From a virus (taxonomy: Duplodnaviria; Caudoviricetes): 59,227 nt of DNA. Below, one piece after another: positions 1 through 9,236 of this stretch (its first letter is position 1; each line of letters opens with the position of its first letter). Under the pieces are notes generated by a model. That model made no database searches, had not been told where the DNA came from, and worked only from the letters and a program-made list of their open reading frames with translations. The stretch is taken from the IMG/VR virus record IMGVR_UViG_3300044723_010613, positions 1-59,227 of that record, one strand, 5' to 3'. Made by a program: the position numbers and the translations under genes.

Positions 1-306
1 CCTGAAGATTGGCAATATTGTTTTGTTGGTAATTGCTGTTTAAATAAAGAAGATTCTCTTCAGATAGATGACGGTATTATCCAAACTGTCACGCCACCAT
101 TGTGTACTCACGCTTACATGATTAAAAAGAGCGCTTTAAAAACTTTAATAGATACTAATTCTATAGCTTGGTCTCATATAGACATACAAATTCAAAAAAG
201 ATCTTTATCTAATTTAAATTATTATGTTTTAGATCCCCCTTTAGCTGAACAATTATCTATAACTAACCCCGGAGAAATTTTCGAATCTTTAACTCATTCA
301 TATTAA
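1..306 (+). CDS. Glycosyltransferase family 25-like, 5'-truncated
   Basis: Frame open from base 1 (PEDWQYCFVG...CTHAYMIKKSALKTL...HIDIQI); resembles the GT25 C-terminal P.DWD..YLG / T.AY.I....A / .ID pattern. Confidence 0.65.
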   Translation, partial: PEDWQYCFVGNCCLNKEDSLQIDDGIIQTVTPPLCTHAYMIKKSALKTLIDTNSIAWSHIDIQIQKRSLSNLNYYVLDPPLAEQLSITNPGEIFESLTHSY

Positions 307-310
307 TAAA

Positions 311-1009
311 ATGACAGTAAATATCATAACAATATCAACAGGTCTAAAATACTCTGAATCGTGCTTGAAAATGATAGAGTCTTTTAAGGCTAGGTTAAAA
401 TCTCCTGATAAGATTAGATTTATAGTTTTTACTGATAACGAAAATTTATTTTTAGCGGATAATGTAATAACAGTTCCAGCTGAAAGCTTACCAAGACCCT
501 TAAATACATTGTTGAGGTTTAATTATTTTTTGAAAGTCAAAGGTTTGTTTGAGCCTGATGATTTAATTTATTACTCTGATGCAGATATGCTCATGAATAA
601 TGATGTGTATATTTCTGAAATAAAACCTGAAGCAAAAGACCAATATGTTACTGTAAAACATCCATGGGCAGGAGATGAATACGGCAATGATTTTTTACTT
701 TGTAAAAATGAACACTCTAATGCTTACCTAGAGCGTTTAAAACAGTATTCTCAAGGTTGTTTTTTTGGCGCTCATACAAAAAGCTTCTATGATTTAACTG
801 AAGCATGCAATAAAGGGGTTAACGATGATTTAGAGAATAGAATCATATCAGTATGGCATGATGAGAGTCATTTAAATAAGTACCTACATGATAAAAAGTG
901 TAAGGTATTAGGTAAGGAATATAATGTTCCTTACCTTAATGTTCCTAATGACTATAAAGATCATTGGGATGTAGCTAAAATTTTTCATTATAATCAGCAA
1001 ACTATATGA
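311..1009 (+). CDS. Family 6 glycosyltransferase (ABO/alpha-Gal transferase-like)
   Basis: FIVFTD, DAD metal motif, GCFFG and WHDESHLNKY signature of GT6. Confidence 0.85.
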   Translation: MTVNIITISTGLKYSESCLKMIESFKARLKSPDKIRFIVFTDNENLFLADNVITVPAESLPRPLNTLLRFNYFLKVKGLFEPDDLIYYSDADMLMNNDVYISEIKPEAKDQYVTVKHPWAGDEYGNDFLLCKNEHSNAYLERLKQYSQGCFFGAHTKSFYDLTEACNKGVNDDLENRIISVWHDESHLNKYLHDKKCKVLGKEYNVPYLNVPNDYKDHWDVAKIFHYNQQTI

Positions 1010-2286
1010 GTGTAGCAATTTTATTTCTTCATCACAGTGTGAACCACATAGTAAATAATCATTTAGCTAGATTAAAATCATTTAATCCTGATACACCTAT
1101 TTTTACCATAGGCTTTAACTCTGACAACTTATTAGAAGGTTCTCACGCCGTAGAAATTAATCAAAGTTGGATACCTGATTGCGAAATACTGCAATCAAAA
1201 ACTAAAAAACAATTAGGCTGCATAACTCCTCGCCCTGATATTTTAATTTTAGATTTTATAGATAAGCACCAGCACTTAGGTCATGAAAAATATTTGATTG
1301 TCGAATGGGATACTTATTCGAATTCTAGTATAAAAGATTTTTATGGGGAGAGCCTAAATAAAGATTTTTTTTGCAGCGGGTCTGTAGAAACAAAAGATAT
1401 CAAAAATTGGTATTGGTATGATTTTTTTGAAGAAAAAAGTCAAGCCATGGATAATTTGTCAGCTATACATCCTGTCTGCGGAGCATTCTTTTCCTCAAAG
1501 CTTCTTAACAATATGTTAAACTTGTTGAAAAATAATATTGGGCTGTATGACAATTTAACAGAGGAAGCTACTTTGGGAACATTAATAAAATCATGTGGTC
1601 AGAATTTTGACTTACCTTTCGGCTCAATTAGTTACTATATTCATCATAGACTTAACGCTTCTTATAATGGCAATATAGAAAAAAGCGGTATATATCATCC
1701 TGTAAAAGATACAGTTCTTTCGCTCTTGTATGAAGAAAAAAAAGTATTAGGAAAAGGGGCTGAGATTGGTGTTCATTTGGGGTATAACGCTTTTATGATT
1801 TTGAAAAACTATAGTGGTCATTTACATTTGGTTGACCCATGGGAAACCCTACCCGAAACCGAATACCATGACGGAACAAACAATCGCGATAGAACGAAAG
1901 ATTACAACGAATGCATTAGTCGTCTTTCTAGTTTTTCTGAAAGAATTTCTATCCACAAGAAAAAATCTCTTGAGGCGTGTAAAAAATTCGAAGATGAATC
2001 TTTAGATTTTGTTTATATAGACGCAAATCATAGTTATGATTATGTTAAAGCTGATTTAGAGGCTTGGTATCCAAAAGTCAGAAAAGGTGGAGTAGTTTCA
2101 GGCGATGATTTTGTACAGGAGGATTATTCAAACCAAAGTTTATTAAAGCCTAATGGTAAAGATATAGTTATAGGTGACTACGGTTCCTTCGGAGTAAATC
2201 CCGCTCTGCAGGATTTCTGTAGTAAAAAAGGTATAGATTTCAAGCACGGATATTCTTCATTTAGTCAGTGGTATTTTATCAAATGA
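1006..2286 (+). CDS. Fusion of putative GT-A domain and class I SAM methyltransferase (Methyltransf_24-like)
   Basis: N-term YLIVEWD..HPVK; C-term GAEIGVHLG, LVDPW, DFVYIDANHSY, GGVVSGDDF. Confidence 0.75.
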   Translation: MSVAILFLHHSVNHIVNNHLARLKSFNPDTPIFTIGFNSDNLLEGSHAVEINQSWIPDCEILQSKTKKQLGCITPRPDILILDFIDKHQHLGHEKYLIVEWDTYSNSSIKDFYGESLNKDFFCSGSVETKDIKNWYWYDFFEEKSQAMDNLSAIHPVCGAFFSSKLLNNMLNLLKNNIGLYDNLTEEATLGTLIKSCGQNFDLPFGSISYYIHHRLNASYNGNIEKSGIYHPVKDTVLSLLYEEKKVLGKGAEIGVHLGYNAFMILKNYSGHLHLVDPWETLPETEYHDGTNNRDRTKDYNECISRLSSFSERISIHKKKSLEACKKFEDESLDFVYIDANHSYDYVKADLEAWYPKVRKGGVVSGDDFVQEDYSNQSLLKPNGKDIVIGDYGSFGVNPALQDFCSKKGIDFKHGYSSFSQWYFIK

Positions 2287-3302
2287 CGGATTTAATTCTA
2301 TCCAGTAATTTTAATTTTAAATCTGGTTATAAAGTAATTTTAGACTGCTTACTTGAATACTGCTTTAAAGATTTTAATCTTAATAAAAAATGCTATTCGG
2401 AAATCACCCCCGAATACGAAAAATATTTCGAAGATTTACCCCCAGCAAAAGATTGTTTAGAGCTTATATTAGCGCCACCTTGCAACGGTTTAAATGAGTC
2501 TAATTTTTTCTATAGGCTAGCTCCTAATAAAAACCGCATCATTTTTACAATGTGGGAAAGTACTCGCATCTATGATATATTTATTGAAATAGCTAATCAA
2601 CAAAGAGCCATCATTGTGCCTAATCAATGGAATAAAGATAATTTTATACGTCAGGGGGTAACAGTTCCTATTCATGTCGTACCTTTGTTTGTGGATAATT
2701 ATTTTAATTACGCTACTCCTTTAGACAAAGATTCTTTTGTGTTTGGATCTGCAAATGGAGACCCAAGAAAAAGAATAAAAGATATTTACTCCTGTTTCGT
2801 GAAAGCGTTCCCTTTCGAAAAAGATGTAAAACTTAATTTAAAGTTATCAGAAAAAGATGGTAGTATACCAAGATTTACGGACACTAGAGTAAACATTTCT
2901 AAGAAGAATTTTAGTATAGATGAGTTAAAAGACTGGTATGCGGAAAATGATATTTTTATTTCTTGCTCGGCTGCTGAAGGATGGGGGTTAATGCAGCACG
3001 AAAGTATGGCTTGTGGTAGACCAGTAATTGCAGCTAGATATGCTGGCTTATCAGAATTTATGACAGAAGAAAATTCTTTTCCTGTCAATTATTCAGAAGT
3101 CCCAAGCGAAGGGTACTGGAAAAACCCCGGGGGAAAATGGTCAAAATATAATAAGGAACATATGATCGAAACGATGAGGTATTGCTACAACAACCCTGAC
3201 AGAGTAAAAGGTAAAGGTGTTTTAGCAAGTGAGGGTGCTGTTAAAATGTCTAAATTACAATTTAAAAAAAATTTAATTAACGTGTTGGATAAATATATTT
3301 GA
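2283..3302 (+). CDS. GT-B glycosyltransferase (GT4-like)
   Basis: FTMWEST, IIVPNQWN, EGWGLMQHESMACGRPVI (E-x7-E); start ATG 2283 overlaps the upstream TGA. Confidence 0.85.
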   Translation: MTDLILSSNFNFKSGYKVILDCLLEYCFKDFNLNKKCYSEITPEYEKYFEDLPPAKDCLELILAPPCNGLNESNFFYRLAPNKNRIIFTMWESTRIYDIFIEIANQQRAIIVPNQWNKDNFIRQGVTVPIHVVPLFVDNYFNYATPLDKDSFVFGSANGDPRKRIKDIYSCFVKAFPFEKDVKLNLKLSEKDGSIPRFTDTRVNISKKNFSIDELKDWYAENDIFISCSAAEGWGLMQHESMACGRPVIAARYAGLSEFMTEENSFPVNYSEVPSEGYWKNPGGKWSKYNKEHMIETMRYCYNNPDRVKGKGVLASEGAVKMSKLQFKKNLINVLDKYI

Positions 3303-3314
3303 ACTTATAGAGCA

Positions 3315-3968
3315 TTAAGTAAGTATTCTCATCTTCTCATGACCAACTATAATCTCTGGATCAATGTAAATTTTAAAACCAGCTTCTTTAGCTAGGTGAC
3401 AAAAAGCAACATCTTCAGAGCAGTAATCTTCTAGATCTCCGATTTGTTTTTTAAGCTGACAAAACCAAGGGTATTTTACTTTTTCAAATACTCCTTTTTT
3501 GATTAGCATGAAACCCATCCCGTTATAATCAACTTCCATCAAACCATGTCGGTTTAGTACATCCTTACGTTGCAGAAAATAAAACGAGCCATTCTTTTTA
3601 TAATAATTTTGATCCCAATCTTTTACGCAGGCAAAGCTTTCGCCGTTCTCTGTTTTATATATCCCCGATACAATATCTTTATCATATGAAATTAATTTTT
3701 GTATTTGTTCAAAACTAAAAACAATATCTGAATCAATCCACATAATATAATCGTAATCTATTTTACCATCATAAGGAGCTTGATTCACACCTCTTCTCAC
3801 ATCAGCACCGAGACATAGGCAACGAGCATAACTGACCATTGAAGAATACTTATTGGAAAGCATTGGGTTGATTCCGTTTTTAATACATTTAAGTAATGTA
3901 TCAGTCCAGCAATTTAAGAAATTACCTGAGAATTCTCTACCCGGAATTGCAAAAAGAATGTTTTTCAT
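3315..3968 (-). CDS. GT-A (GT2-like) phage glycosyltransferase
   Basis: YIMWIDSDIVF (DxD), GMGFMLIKKGVFE, SEDVAFC, VGHEK. Confidence 0.8.
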   Translation of the reverse strand: MKNILFAIPGREFSGNFLNCWTDTLLKCIKNGINPMLSNKYSSMVSYARCLCLGADVRRGVNQAPYDGKIDYDYIMWIDSDIVFSFEQIQKLISYDKDIVSGIYKTENGESFACVKDWDQNYYKKNGSFYFLQRKDVLNRHGLMEVDYNGMGFMLIKKGVFEKVKYPWFCQLKKQIGDLEDYCSEDVAFCHLAKEAGFKIYIDPEIIVGHEKMRILT

Positions 3969-3977
3969 TTCGTAAAT

Positions 3978-4006
3978 ATTCTATCGATATTTTAGACATA
4001 CGTCAA
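3978..4006 (-). promoter_or_regulatory. sigma70-type promoter, near-leaderless for 3315..3968
   Basis: TTGACG-N17-TAGAAT on the minus strand, 10 nt before the ATG. Confidence 0.7.
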
Positions 4007-4012
4007 ACAATA

Positions 4013-4018
4013 GTGTAT
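4013..4018 (+). promoter_or_regulatory. Putative phage late-promoter motif GTGTAT
   Basis: aatagtgtattttaata; matches the recurrent motif. Confidence 0.4.
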
Positions 4019-4118
4019 TTTAATATTAGTAGTTGCAACTTGAGTTGTTTTAATCCAAAGTCGGCACTACCCAATAAACACTAGACTCACTGCGAGAAAG
4101 TGTCTTCTCACCCAGCCG

Positions 4119-4676
4119 ATGGCGAAAAACAACAAAAAAAACGCAAAGGGTGAGATATATACTAATGACATGTTAACACAGGAAGATATAAAATTTCTCG
4201 CAAGAAAAATCAAACTGACCCCAGACAGAGCTAAAATTCTATTTGAAGAGAAAACTGACGCTGACCTTATGTTCGAGCAAATTAGTAACAGAAGAGTTAC
4301 TAAAAAAGAAATGTGGGAATTATCATTCCCGGTTTTCATTAAAATCTTGGTAAACAGGGAAGCTAAAGACCTCGATCAAAAATATAAAAATTATATTTCT
4401 GATTTCGTAGGCGTTTTTTATCCTCAAATAGTCATGGCGTCCAGAATAAAAACAAAAATCCCCAGAAAACCAGTTGAGGAAAATGCTCAATACTTTTTTA
4501 CATTGCTAAGTTTTTTTGAGGAGGATGTGGATACACAAATGAATATATCTCAAATTCGTCAAGTTTTAGAATATTCTATGGATACATTCACCCAAAAAAA
4601 GGGCAGGGATTATGCAGAAGCTATATCAGCTAGCTACGAATACTTTAGTAAAATAAGAAAAAAATGGATGCCTTGA
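4119..4676 (+). CDS. Hypothetical protein (185 aa)
   Basis: Clean ORF, no recognisable motif. Confidence 0.6.
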   Translation: MAKNNKKNAKGEIYTNDMLTQEDIKFLARKIKLTPDRAKILFEEKTDADLMFEQISNRRVTKKEMWELSFPVFIKILVNREAKDLDQKYKNYISDFVGVFYPQIVMASRIKTKIPRKPVEENAQYFFTLLSFFEEDVDTQMNISQIRQVLEYSMDTFTQKKGRDYAEAISASYEYFSKIRKKWMP

Positions 4677-4684
4677 CGTAAAAT

Positions 4685-4690
4685 GTGTAA
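4685..4690 (+). promoter_or_regulatory. Putative late-promoter motif GTGTAA
   Basis: aaaatgtgtaatatt; motif starts 16 nt before ATG 4701. Confidence 0.55.
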
Positions 4691-4700
4691 TATTATTTAT

Positions 4701-4892
4701 ATGCAATCACTTTCAGGCAAAAAAACATATTTCACTGCTGCAGCAGCAGTTATAACGGCTCTCGGCGGATACTTCGCTGGAGAAGTAGATCTTACAGTTA
4801 CAATTCAAAGCGTTTTTGGCGCTCTAATGGTAGTTTTCCTTAGAAAAGGGGTTAGTTCAGAAGCTGCCAAAAAATCTGGAGACAAAGAATAA
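4701..4892 (+). CDS. Small 2-TM holin-like membrane protein
   Basis: MQSLSGKKTY, two hydrophobic segments, charged C-terminus; start moved to ATG 4701, downstream of the promoter motif. Confidence 0.55.
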   Translation: MQSLSGKKTYFTAAAAVITALGGYFAGEVDLTVTIQSVFGALMVVFLRKGVSSEAAKKSGDKE

Positions 4893-4956
4893 CAGTAACT
4901 TTGATGTAAAAAGTTGTCTTAGGGGAGGCAACTCTGTGAGAAAAACAATTATGAGG

Positions 4957-4991
4957 AAGCTCTGGGTCTATTGACCTAGGGCTTTCTTTTT
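4957..4991 (+). terminator. Rho-independent terminator
   Basis: aagctctgggtc-tatt-gacctagggctt then a T-rich tail; a second hairpin lies at 4912-4933. Confidence 0.6.
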
Positions 4992-5009
4992 CCATTTTAG
5001 TAAAAAAAC

Positions 5010-5015
5010 GTGTAG
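5010..5015 (+). promoter_or_regulatory. Putative late-promoter motif GTGTAG
   Basis: aaaaaaacgtgtagaata, 20 nt before ATG 5030. Confidence 0.5.
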
Positions 5016-5029
5016 AATATATAGTAACA

Positions 5030-5512
5030 ATGGACAGAATAAACAAATTTGATTTTGACATATCGTGGAGTTCTAAACTCAACGAACCAGAATCTAAAAT
5101 TGTTGACTTCTTTGAAGCTAAATGTGATGGCGATAAATTAAAAAAAGAAGATGAGTTTATATCTTTTTCAGCCAATTTAGTAGAGTGTTTTAAAGAAAAA
5201 ATTAAAGCTAGCGGCAAAAGAATTAGAGTAGATTCTGTTATCAAAGCTTATAAAAATGCTCAAGAAAGTTTCAACCCTAGTGATGACATAACTCTTTCAG
5301 AATGGTGCATGGCTTGTGTTAATAATTTCCTTAGCCTATCTGAAAGAAAAAGTTTTAATCTAGAGCCCAATAAATTTCAAGTTGCTGATGCAAAAGAAGA
5401 TTTAAAAAAATATGGTTTAGATAAAAGTTTTGAAAACGTCAGTCAGCTTTATCTAGAAACACGTGAAGAGTCCATTCAGCATGCTATCAGTGCAAACTGT
5501 AGATATTTTTAA
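5030..5512 (+). CDS. Hypothetical protein, head module
   Basis: 160-aa ORF directly upstream of the protease gene. Confidence 0.6.
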   Translation: MDRINKFDFDISWSSKLNEPESKIVDFFEAKCDGDKLKKEDEFISFSANLVECFKEKIKASGKRIRVDSVIKAYKNAQESFNPSDDITLSEWCMACVNNFLSLSERKSFNLEPNKFQVADAKEDLKKYGLDKSFENVSQLYLETREESIQHAISANCRYF

Positions 5513-5516
5513 TAAA

Positions 5517-7007
5517 ATGAAAAAACATAAATATACAACCACATTTAGCTCAGTAGTAAAGCCTGTTGTATCTGAAGAAAAAGATAAATATTTAGCTCTT
5601 GCTTCTATGGTGGAATTAGAAAAATTCTTACCTCAAGTGGATGTAGAGAAAAATGTTGATTTGCTACCTGTAGCTTTTAATGCATTTGTTGCTAACCGAG
5701 TTAACAAAAATGGTGACGTAGTAGATACTGATACAGCTATCGCTATGTATGAAAACTTTATTAATAAGCCTATCAATATCGAACATAATAGAAAATCCGT
5801 AGTTGGAACTATTTTAACTGCGGGTTTTTCACGTTTTGGTAGCGATGAGCCAGTTACTAAAGAAGAGTTGGAAGGAACCAAGGAGCCTTTTAACGTAACT
5901 CTAGGCGGCGTTATATGGAAAATTGTTGACCAAGGGTTGGCAGATAAGATTGAAAGTTCAAGTGATCCTACCAGTAATGAATACATGGGTATTAGTGCAA
6001 GTTGGGAATTAGGATTCACTGATTATAATTTAGTTGTTCTCGAAGGGGAAGAAAAGAATATAGAAAACGGTCTAGAAATTTCTGACCCTAAAGAAGTCGA
6101 GGAATACGCTACCAAACTAAAAGGTTTTGGTGGTAAAGGTAAATTTGATGAAAACTCAAGCATTTACCGTAAAGTAATCAACGATGTAGTTCCTCTAGGT
6201 ATAGGTCTAACAGAAAACCCTGCTGCTGATGTGCAAGGGGTTTTGACCGACAAAGGAACTGAAGAACACAAAGCTTTGGCGAAAGAAGGTTCTGAAAAAG
6301 AAACAATTTCCCAAAATCCAAACAAAACTGTAATAACAAAGAAAGTAGAAGCTATGAAAATAGAAAATCTAAAAGATATATCGGATGAGTCTCTTCAGAC
6401 TCTAACTGCTTCTGCTATTCATGAGTTTATTCAGGAGAGCCTTAAGAAAGCGTCAGAAGAGTTTAGTGCTCAGAATGCTGAAAAAGAGGAGTCCTTGAAA
6501 GATACCCGTGAACAGCACGAGACCCTCTCCAAGGAACATGATTCCTTGAAGACACAGTTGGAAGACGTACAGGCTCAGTTGGTGAAGTTGGAGGCTGAAA
6601 AAGCTGAAGCTTCGAAGTTGGAAATGTTTAATCAGAGAATGGCATCTTATGATGAGAGGTTTGCTTTGACTGACGAAGACCGCAAGGTTATCGCAGTTCA
6701 AATCAAAGATCTTGATGAAGAAGCTTTCGCAGAATTTGATCAAACTATTTCTGTACTTCTTTCCTCTAAAACTCATTCTGCTGTTGAAGCCTCAGAGGTA
6801 GAAGCAACAGAAGTTGAAGAGCAGAAAGAAATTGAACAGGCGGAAGAAGTTACGGCTTCTGACGTGTCGGAAGTTATTGAACAGGCTGTAGATAATGCAA
6901 AGAGTGAAACGGTTAACATTCCTGCATCTGCTCCTGCTGAAGAACCCACAATCCTTGAGAAATATGGCAGAGCTTTTGCCATGGATCAATTTGATTTTAA
7001 ACCTTAA
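5517..7007 (+). CDS. Prohead maturation protease fused to scaffold
   Basis: N-term NKNGD..INIEHN..VVG..SASWE (assemblin/HK97-type protease pattern); C-term acidic coiled coil; upstream of decoration and MCP genes. Start moved to ATG 5517. Confidence 0.75.
   Translation: MKKHKYTTTFSSVVKPVVSEEKDKYLALASMVELEKFLPQVDVEKNVDLLPVAFNAFVANRVNKNGDVVDTDTAIAMYENFINKPINIEHNRKSVVGTILTAGFSRFGSDEPVTKEELEGTKEPFNVTLGGVIWKIVDQGLADKIESSSDPTSNEYMGISASWELGFTDYNLVVLEGEEKNIENGLEISDPKEVEEYATKLKGFGGKGKFDENSSIYRKVINDVVPLGIGLTENPAADVQGVLTDKGTEEHKALAKEGSEKETISQNPNKTVITKKVEAMKIENLKDISDESLQTLTASAIHEFIQESLKKASEEFSAQNAEKEESLKDTREQHETLSKEHDSLKTQLEDVQAQLVKLEAEKAEASKLEMFNQRMASYDERFALTDEDRKVIAVQIKDLDEEAFAEFDQTISVLLSSKTHSAVEASEVEATEVEEQKEIEQAEEVTASDVSEVIEQAVDNAKSETVNIPASAPAEEPTILEKYGRAFAMDQFDFKP
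6354..7007 (+). CDS. Nested in-frame scaffold protein (internal start)
   Basis: In-frame ATG (MKIENLK) at the domain boundary, preceded by an internal late-like motif aaaaCTGTAAtaac at 6328. Confidence 0.55.
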   Translation: MKIENLKDISDESLQTLTASAIHEFIQESLKKASEEFSAQNAEKEESLKDTREQHETLSKEHDSLKTQLEDVQAQLVKLEAEKAEASKLEMFNQRMASYDERFALTDEDRKVIAVQIKDLDEEAFAEFDQTISVLLSSKTHSAVEASEVEATEVEEQKEIEQAEEVTASDVSEVIEQAVDNAKSETVNIPASAPAEEPTILEKYGRAFAMDQFDFKP

Positions 7008-7043
7008 CTAAAAAAATAAAAAAATATAGAAAAATAAAACATT

Positions 7044-7631
7044 ATGGCAAACGAAAGATTAAAGCCCTTTAGGGATTATAGTGAGCACGATGTTATCAAT
7101 TTATTCGCCTTTGGTGATCATGCTGTAACACTCGGTACTACCGATGTTGTTTATGCTGGATCTGCTGTTAAAGTAAGATCTGGATGGCAGAACACTGATG
7201 AGCTATCATTTATTGGTAACGTTGGAGCTGGATACAACAATACCGTTTCTCAACGGTATGGAGTAAGCGCAGAAGTTGAATATACTGATGGTGGAGCTGA
7301 TGAAGCGGCACTTGGTATTACACTTTATGACGTCAGAGAATTCGACGAAAACGGTGAGAAGCTTGCATTCAACCCACGCAAACAGGACGAACTACAATGT
7401 AGTTTGACTGGTCAAGCAGTACCGATTGCTACTCGAGGAGTATTCCTTATGGCTACTGGTGCTTGGGACACTTCTCCCGGCGTTGTCTTCAATCAAGACG
7501 TTTTCGCTACTGGCGATGGTAAAATTACTACCCTCGGTAATAAAGCAACTAATAATCGTATCGGTAGAACTTTGGGTAACCCTGATGCAGATGGTTCTGT
7601 ATTGGTTAAGTTCGACTTCACACAAGGTTAA
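7044..7631 (+). CDS. Capsid decoration/cement protein
   Basis: Between scaffold and MCP; LGITL..GQAVPIATRG..IGRTLG beta-tulip-like pattern. Confidence 0.65.
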   Translation: MANERLKPFRDYSEHDVINLFAFGDHAVTLGTTDVVYAGSAVKVRSGWQNTDELSFIGNVGAGYNNTVSQRYGVSAEVEYTDGGADEAALGITLYDVREFDENGEKLAFNPRKQDELQCSLTGQAVPIATRGVFLMATGAWDTSPGVVFNQDVFATGDGKITTLGNKATNNRIGRTLGNPDADGSVLVKFDFTQG

Positions 7632-7652
7632 TAGAAAAGGAGATTATAGATA

Positions 7653-8729
7653 ATGAAATTAAAACTTAAGAATACTCCAGAGCAAGTTGAACTTATCAAG
7701 GCAATGGGTTCCAAGAACCCCGAAGTCTCTCGTCCCGCAACAGAAGCTTTTGCAGCTTTTATTGGGCCGGTTGTTCAACAGGTTTTGATGCAAGCTAATA
7801 CAGCTGCATATCTTTACACTGACGTAGAATATGATGAAGATGATAACCCTAGTTATCCTCTTGATTTGTTTTATGAGCAGAACGGCAAGGACAACTACAT
7901 TACCATCTGGTCACAACAGATGGCTGGTGGTCTTCCTTCTTCACAAATTAGCGGTAATGCTGAACTCAAGATCTCAACATACAAATTGGATAGCGCAGTT
8001 AGCTTCCTCAAAAAGTATGCTCGTAAGAGTCGCTTGGATGTTGTAAGTAAAGCTGTAGAGCGTATGTCTAACGAAATTGTTGTAAAACAAGATCGTAACG
8101 CTTGGGCAGTTGCTCTTAAAGGTTTGGCAGAAGCTAAAGGTAAATTTGGAACTGGTTCTGCTGGTGACAATGTTATTAATGCCACTGCTGGAGCTTTTGG
8201 TCTTGGTGACATCAATTCGATGATGACCAAGATGAAGAGAATTAACGCTTCTTACGCTGATGGTACTCCTACCACTGCATATTCTAAAGGTCTAACTGAT
8301 ATCTTCACTTCTGCTGAAGTGGTTGAAGATATTAGAGCGATTTCTTACAACCCATTCAACACTACTGCTGATCAGGTTGGCGATATCGTTAAAGACGAAA
8401 TGTATAAAGCTGCTGGTACTAGCTCGATCTTCGGTATTAATATTATCGACTTGTATGAGCTTGGTGATGGCCAAAAATACAATACTCTTTATACAGCCAT
8501 GGGTGGTACCTTGACTGCTAACCAAGAGATTATTGTCGGCGTAGACAGATCTGCAGAAGCTTTTGTCCGTCCTGTCGCTCGTAACTCTGAAACTGGAAGT
8601 ACTTTCACAGCTCTTCCAGACGATCAGTTTGTTACCCGTCAGGATAAGACTGGTTTTTACGGCGGTCTTGAAGAGGGACGTGTCCTCCTCGATGCTCGCG
8701 CGATTGTTGGTCTTCGTAAGGACGTATAA
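7653..8729 (+). CDS. Major capsid protein (HK97 fold)
   Basis: 358 aa, synteny, strongly biased codon usage, strong terminator downstream, C-term GFYGGLEEGRVLLDARA. Confidence 0.8.
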   Translation: MKLKLKNTPEQVELIKAMGSKNPEVSRPATEAFAAFIGPVVQQVLMQANTAAYLYTDVEYDEDDNPSYPLDLFYEQNGKDNYITIWSQQMAGGLPSSQISGNAELKISTYKLDSAVSFLKKYARKSRLDVVSKAVERMSNEIVVKQDRNAWAVALKGLAEAKGKFGTGSAGDNVINATAGAFGLGDINSMMTKMKRINASYADGTPTTAYSKGLTDIFTSAEVVEDIRAISYNPFNTTADQVGDIVKDEMYKAAGTSSIFGINIIDLYELGDGQKYNTLYTAMGGTLTANQEIIVGVDRSAEAFVRPVARNSETGSTFTALPDDQFVTRQDKTGFYGGLEEGRVLLDARAIVGLRKDV

Positions 8730-8754
8730 TAGGAATAGTCGCATTCACGATACT

Positions 8755-8784
8755 AACCCCGGTCCCGAAAGGGCCGGGGTTTTT
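8755..8784 (+). terminator. Rho-independent terminator
   Basis: aaccccggtccc-gaaa-gggccggggtt then T run. Confidence 0.9.
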
Positions 8785-8802
8785 CTATTTTTTGGAAAAA
8801 AA

Positions 8803-8808
8803 GTGTAT
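8803..8808 (+). promoter_or_regulatory. Putative late-promoter motif GTGTAT
   Basis: aaaaaaagtgtattt directly after the terminator. Confidence 0.55.
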
Positions 8809-8834
8809 TTCTTACTAATATAAGGGATAAGGTT

Positions 8835-9197
8835 ATGCCAGCAAAAAAAATTAGATCAAGAAAAAAATCTATTAAAGATATCTCACAAACTCATGCTAAA
8901 GAAGAGTTTCAACCTACGACTTTGGATCAGATCTGGGGAGATACGGGAAGTTCTACTTATGGGACTATGGATGAAAAAGTATATGTAGATAAAATAGATA
9001 ACATGAATCTCTCAGATTTGCAAGCTCACGCTTCTACAGTTGGAATTATTCCTATTGATAACAGGTCTATGTTACGTGAAAGACTTTTGAGAGAATTCCG
9101 TAAGCACGTTTCCTCTTATCGTAAACCTACTCAGGATGTAGGTGGGTCTAAAATGTTAGATGATCAAGCAATGAAAATTCTTTCAGAAGGAAGATAA
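8835..9197 (+). CDS. Hypothetical protein
   Basis: 120 aa, AAGG upstream; short helical module MNLSDLQAHA. Confidence 0.65.
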   Translation: MPAKKIRSRKKSIKDISQTHAKEEFQPTTLDQIWGDTGSSTYGTMDEKVYVDKIDNMNLSDLQAHASTVGIIPIDNRSMLRERLLREFRKHVSSYRKPTQDVGGSKMLDDQAMKILSEGR

Positions 9198-9221
9198 TAT
9201 TTTCAGAAAAACCTCCATATA

Positions 9222-9227
9222 GTGTAA
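9222..9227 (+). promoter_or_regulatory. Putative late-promoter motif GTGTAA
   Basis: atagtgtaataaa, 15 nt before ATG 9237. Confidence 0.55.
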
Positions 9228-9236
9228 TAAAATTAT

